A stretch of DNA of 41,420 nt from an uncultured Gammaproteobacteria bacterium. GTDB taxonomy: Bacteria > Pseudomonadota > Gammaproteobacteria > JAKDMP01. Location: assembly GCA_964554305.1 (NCBI GenBank), contig CAZKOE010000002.1, forward strand, positions 2,034 to 43,453, given 5' to 3'. This document shows positions 37,700 through 41,420 of this stretch, piece by piece (within the stretch, counting starts at the first letter, position 1; every line of letters starts with the position of its first letter). The notes under the pieces were generated by a model, which saw only the letters and a program-made list of their open reading frames with translations, made no database searches and was not told the DNA's origin. Made by a program: the position numbers and the translations under genes.

Positions 37700-38251
37700 T
37701 CAGCGGCTCGCGCGGGCGCGAATGGTGCAGGCGAAAGTCGTGAGGGCCCGGCGCAGTTCCGCGGCGACTTTCGGCGTCGAGAGGATGGCATTCATCTCGG
37801 CGGGCGTCTTGCCGCGCATTCGTACCGTCAGGCTTGCCTCGGGCACGATCCGCAGCGACATCGTGGTCAGGATTTCGATCAGGTTGGCGCGCGCGTATTG
37901 TCCGCCATAATGCAGGGTGTGAAAAAGGGCGACGGGCAGGCCGGCAACCTCGCCCCAGCCGACCATCCAGTCGAGCGCGTTTTTCATGCCGCCGGGTACG
38001 CCGTGCGCGTACTCCGGCGAAGCGATCAGCAGGCCGTCCGCGGCAAGTACGTGTTCCCGGAGCGTCTCGGCGGCGGATGGTAATCGCTCGGTCAGATCGG
38101 GATTAAAAATCGGCAACTTGCCGAGTTCATTGTAGATTTCGACTTCCAGACCGTCAGGTGCGGTTTTCGCCGCGGCGCGCAACAACGCCGCATTGCTCGA
38201 AGCCGCACGCGAACTGCCCGCGATCGCCAGTATCTTCACATCAACCTCCAT
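37700..38251 (-). CDS. NADPH-dependent FMN reductase family protein
   Basis: KILAIAGSSRAASSNAALLR and LLIASPEYAHGVPGGMKNALDW are present. Start is ATG 38251 or GTG 38239; GGAGG lies 5 nt before the latter. Confidence 0.8.
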   Translation of the reverse strand: MEVDVKILAIAGSSRAASSNAALLRAAAKTAPDGLEVEIYNELGKLPIFNPDLTERLPSAAETLREHVLAADGLLIASPEYAHGVPGGMKNALDWMVGWGEVAGLPVALFHTLHYGGQYARANLIEILTTMSLRIVPEASLTVRMRGKTPAEMNAILSTPKVAAELRRALTTFACTIRARASR

Positions 38252-38683
38252 CCTTGTGTCGTTCCTGCCTGCGTGCTCTGCCGTCCGGGGAAGGTTTCGC
38301 TTCATTATTCCCGCGCAGGCGGGAGCCGGAGGCCGAAGGCGGAGACAACAGGTGCATCATGCATGATTCGAGGGGCGAGCGGCCCTTGTCGCAAGTCATC
38401 TAGTTTAAATACGAATCTCCCTACGGGCGGGATACATTTCTTGGCTGGGCTTCCGTCCCACGCCTTCGCGAGGTAGACTCTTCACGGGAGCGACGGTGGT
38501 TCTCAATTCGAGTCTCATTGGCCAGCTCATGGCAAAAAAAAGCCCTGTTACTGCATTTCCGAAAACAACGTTGATTTTCCCCAAACAGAGCAGTACGCCT
38601 CCGCGGGAACGACAAGTGGGATTTTCAGGGTACAAGCCCGAAGGGCGTTGCCGGCAGATGCCATGCTCCCGCGGACAGCAGGT

Positions 38684-41182
38684 TCAGGAGATCGGGGGCG
38701 GCGATTTGTTGGCGAATTCTTTCAACAGCTTCTGGAAGGCTGGGTTTTTGCGCAACGAATCCCAAGCAGGATCGCGTTCGAGCAGTGGCACCGATATAAA
38801 GAGGCCGGCCGGTATTTCAAGCAGCCGGCGCAGTAGTTTAATTGCTTGTCCGGATTCACCGACTTGGGCGTAAATTTTCGCCAGGGTAACCAGATAAGAA
38901 GGACCATACAGGGCATCTTTTGAAACGGGCACCAGGGAAATGGCCTTACGGCCGGCTTGAATCGCTTCCTGCTTATGTCCAAGCCCTACTTCGGCAAGCC
39001 CGAGAAAACTCCACAAACTGGCATCTTTCGGTCGTTTACGCAGTGCAATATGGAGCATGTTACGCGCTTTTTTATAGGCTTCTCGTGCTTGGGCCTTGTT
39101 GTTCTCGAGTGACCAGATCCGGGCACGTAAAAGACTGACAGGTTCTCGCCCTGCGGCGTTAGCCGCCGATAGCCAGTCCGGGACGTTGACGATAGCGGCC
39201 AGGGCTTCTGTGGGTTGGTGAGCCAGGTATGCCGTCCAGAATTGAATCGCTGGTATCAGTCCTCTGCCATTGTCGTCATGCTGATTTTCCGTCAGTACTT
39301 TCTGGACTTGTTGCGGAGAGTTGCCTGCAAGTAGGAGCGCTACGAGTTTCGTGGTCCTCGCAGCATAATCACGTGGGTCCAGTGACAAGGCTTTGTCGAA
39401 TTGCTGATCAGCCTGTTGGTACCGACGTAACGCCATGAGGGTAAGTCCGGTTGCGGATGACCAACTGGGGTTGCGCGGATCGAGGACCATTGCTTGTTTA
39501 AATCCGAATAACGCCTTTTGCCAATTTCCTTGTCGGCGGTGAATGTAGGCAATTGCTCCGATTACGTCGGCGTCGTTGGGTTGGCTGTCGCGGGCCTGTT
39601 CAAAGTGAGCGAGCGCTGCTTTGTAGTCTCTTCTCCCGTAGTATTCGACGTACCCCATGGCTAGCTGGGCTTGAGGGAGTGACGGAGCCAACGCGAGTGC
39701 CCGGCGGGCGGTGCGCTTCGCATCGCTCATGTTCCGGGAGATGGGGGAGAATTTCCGCCAATATAGATAGCTTTCGAGGTATGAAAGCCGTGCCCATGCA
39801 AGGGCAAAGCGGGGATCACGGGCGATCGCCTGATGGTAAAGATTTATGGCTTGGGTGGCCGCATCGGAAGGATGCTCTATGTTGTTGTTGTTCGTGATCC
39901 GATTGGCATAGTATTCGGCCTTTAGAAAGAGCAGATAGGCTTGCGGATCATCGGTCGGCTTGCTGGCCAAGCGAACGGCCTTGCCCGGAAGCAATTCCGT
40001 TTTCAGTGCCGTGGCCACCTGGGCGGCCACCTGGGTTTCCACCGCGAAAATGTCGTTCAGCGGGCGGGTGTAAGTGTGTGCCCAAAGGTGCTCATCCGTC
40101 TTGGCGTCAATCAACTGCACGTTGATCAATACCCGATCCGCCACCTTCTGTACGCCGCCTTCCATGATTGCGGTGGCGCCCAGTTCGGTGGCGATTTTCC
40201 CCAGGTTGATCGGGTGGCTGGGATAGCGTTTCGTGGAAGCGCGCGAGATTACGCGCAACGCGTCGATGCCGGCGAGTTTGGAGAGGATGGTGTCCTGAAT
40301 GCCTTCGACCAAATAGGCATTGTTCGGATCCGGGCTCAGGTTCTCGAACGGCATCACCGCGATGACAGGCGTGGTGGCCGAGTGGCTGACGGAGTTGCCG
40401 AGCGGCACGAAGCGCCAGATCAGCACCCCGGCGATCACGATGATCGCCGCGACGCTCGCCGCCCAGAGTATTTTCCGCCGCCTTGATGGAAACGGTCTTG
40501 GTGGGAGCAAGCTTGCCCCGCACCCTCTGCGAGGTGCGGGGCTTGCTCGCGATTCTTGCTTTTCCTCCTCGACGCCGGTGGCGGGATGGGTGATCGAGGA
40601 GGATTCTCTTGCGAGCAGGCCCGCTCCTACACTTTCCGTTTGGCCATCGGTAGCTATTTCCCCTGCAGGAACGCGCCTTACGCGCGCCTGGCCACCGTTG
40701 TCGCGACCAGGGGCCGCTTCTGCATAGCCCTCGTGGCTTGTTTCGACCGTAGGAGCGGTCTCAGACACGATCCCGCCACGGACTGAGCCCGCCGCGACCG
40801 ACGGCGCTTCTGCTCCCTCGGGCCGTGCGACGGGAACCCGCTCGACTTTGACTGGTGCGCTGAAACGGTACCCATGTCCGCGCACCGTCTCGATGTAATG
40901 CCTGTCGCCTCCCTTTTCGTTAAGAATTTTGCGGACAGTCCCGACGTGCCAGCTCAGGCTATTTTCCACCACGATCGTGTCCGGCCACAACGTTTCGATC
41001 AGCTCCTCTCGACTCTTCAGGTGCCCCGCTGCCTCTACCAGCAACAGCAGCAAATCAAAGGCCTTCGCAGGCAAAGAAACCAGCGCATCGTCATGGAACA
41101 GCAACCGTTCGTCCGCGTCGAGCCGAAACGGACCAAAACGGTACAAGCGCGCGTATGTGTTTGATTTTTCGCCACTAATCAT
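38684..41182 (-). CDS. membrane-anchored winged-helix (OmpR/CadC-type) transcriptional regulator with TolB-like and TPR periplasmic region
   Basis: N-terminal wHTH (FGPFRLDADERLL...LSLPAKAFDLLLLLVE...IETVRGHGYRF), then a low-complexity linker and one TM segment (ILWAASVAAIIVIAGVLIW). This is followed by VIAVMPFENLSPDPNNAYLVEGIQDTILSKL and multiple TPR-like repeats. Confidence 0.8.
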   Translation of the reverse strand: MISGEKSNTYARLYRFGPFRLDADERLLFHDDALVSLPAKAFDLLLLLVEAAGHLKSREELIETLWPDTIVVENSLSWHVGTVRKILNEKGGDRHYIETVRGHGYRFSAPVKVERVPVARPEGAEAPSVAAGSVRGGIVSETAPTVETSHEGYAEAAPGRDNGGQARVRRVPAGEIATDGQTESVGAGLLARESSSITHPATGVEEEKQESRASPAPRRGCGASLLPPRPFPSRRRKILWAASVAAIIVIAGVLIWRFVPLGNSVSHSATTPVIAVMPFENLSPDPNNAYLVEGIQDTILSKLAGIDALRVISRASTKRYPSHPINLGKIATELGATAIMEGGVQKVADRVLINVQLIDAKTDEHLWAHTYTRPLNDIFAVETQVAAQVATALKTELLPGKAVRLASKPTDDPQAYLLFLKAEYYANRITNNNNIEHPSDAATQAINLYHQAIARDPRFALAWARLSYLESYLYWRKFSPISRNMSDAKRTARRALALAPSLPQAQLAMGYVEYYGRRDYKAALAHFEQARDSQPNDADVIGAIAYIHRRQGNWQKALFGFKQAMVLDPRNPSWSSATGLTLMALRRYQQADQQFDKALSLDPRDYAARTTKLVALLLAGNSPQQVQKVLTENQHDDNGRGLIPAIQFWTAYLAHQPTEALAAIVNVPDWLSAANAAGREPVSLLRARIWSLENNKAQAREAYKKARNMLHIALRKRPKDASLWSFLGLAEVGLGHKQEAIQAGRKAISLVPVSKDALYGPSYLVTLAKIYAQVGESGQAIKLLRRLLEIPAGLFISVPLLERDPAWDSLRKNPAFQKLLKEFANKSPPPIS

Positions 41183-41379
41183 AACGACTCACGAAAACCC
41201 AAGACAAAGCCAAGAAAGAGACAAGGCAGCGCCAGACCGCAGCACAAGCAATATCCGAGATTTTCAATGATACTAGCTGTGTCTGGGCAAGTCCACCCTT
41301 TGGGGGGACACCTTCGGGAAGGCGCGCAAGCACTGTTCGCTTTCCGTCTTGAGTCTTTCAACCTACAGGAGACAGAGGA

Positions 41380-41420
41380 ATGAACAGGATTGCAATCAAA
41401 ATGTTTGCCGGCGCCCTCGG
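41380..41420 (+). CDS. 5' end of an unidentified gene (probable signal peptide), continues beyond the window
   Basis: CAGGAGACAGAGGA is followed by ATG 41380. MNRIAIKMFAGAL... looks like the start of a signal peptide. Only 13 codons are visible. Confidence 0.4.
   Translation, partial: MNRIAIKMFAGAL

Noticed and set aside
38478-38530. tRNA or tmRNA 3'-end-like string (ggtggttctcaattcgagtctcattggccagctca) that could mark an integration-site remnant
   Set aside because: No complementary T-stem or acceptor stem can be drawn. The resemblance to tmRNA or tRNA ends is limited to TTCGAGTC and CCAGCTC. No integrase or direct repeat is nearby.
1-41420. Scan for CRISPR arrays, rRNA, IS transposases, integrases, toxin-antitoxin pairs or known defence-system gene sets
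   Set aside because: No regularly spaced direct repeats, no transposase- or integrase-like translations, and no nuclease, ATPase or methylase clusters were seen on either strand. The accessory signals are limited to the small elements and orphan genes reported above.

Overview
GC-rich chromosomal segment (GC not computed). It is mostly core housekeeping genes. The gene order (pcnB-folK-dNK-panB-panC-panD, ffh, rpsP-rimM-trmD-rplS, opgGH, an OmpA protein with thrombospondin-type repeats) suggests a high-GC gammaproteobacterium of the Xanthomonadales type; this is inference only.

Gene order, left to right:
- DinG-like helicase 3' end, tsaB, ompA-family porin (-), orn, rhodanese (-), a PLP threonine/serine dehydratase, and a large M16 lipoprotein peptidase.
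- A minus-strand dsbG-paiB-SDR block, then tRNA-Glu(CUC).
- pcnB-folK-dNK-panB-panC-panD-ffh, then an AT-richer orphan secreted protein (-).
- rpsP-rimM-trmD-rplS, a FAD monooxygenase, sppA, and a membrane LytTR regulator.
- A TonB-receptor C-terminal remnant, then a long minus-strand run of opgG-opgH and a leucine/isovalerate catabolic (liu) cluster.
- A divergent TetR plus CrtI-like oxidoreductase operon, an FMN reductase (-), and a large membrane-anchored wHTH-TPR regulator (-).

I found no rRNA, CRISPR array, transposase, integrase or recognisable defence system.

Points worth a second look:
- Broken genes cluster between 23 and 32 kb: a frameshifted LytTR gene, a TonB-receptor stump, liuD with an in-frame TAG-ATG junction plus a frameshift, and a decayed tandem cupin copy.
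- Two MITE-like inverted-repeat elements sit in tight intergenic spacers (7822-8068 and 13660-13890).
- AT-richer insert-like genes are present: an orphan between ffh and rpsP, and a DUF1311 gene inside the liu operon.
- Ribosomal protein S16 is unusually long.

All family assignments come from motifs I recognise in the translations, not from database searches.
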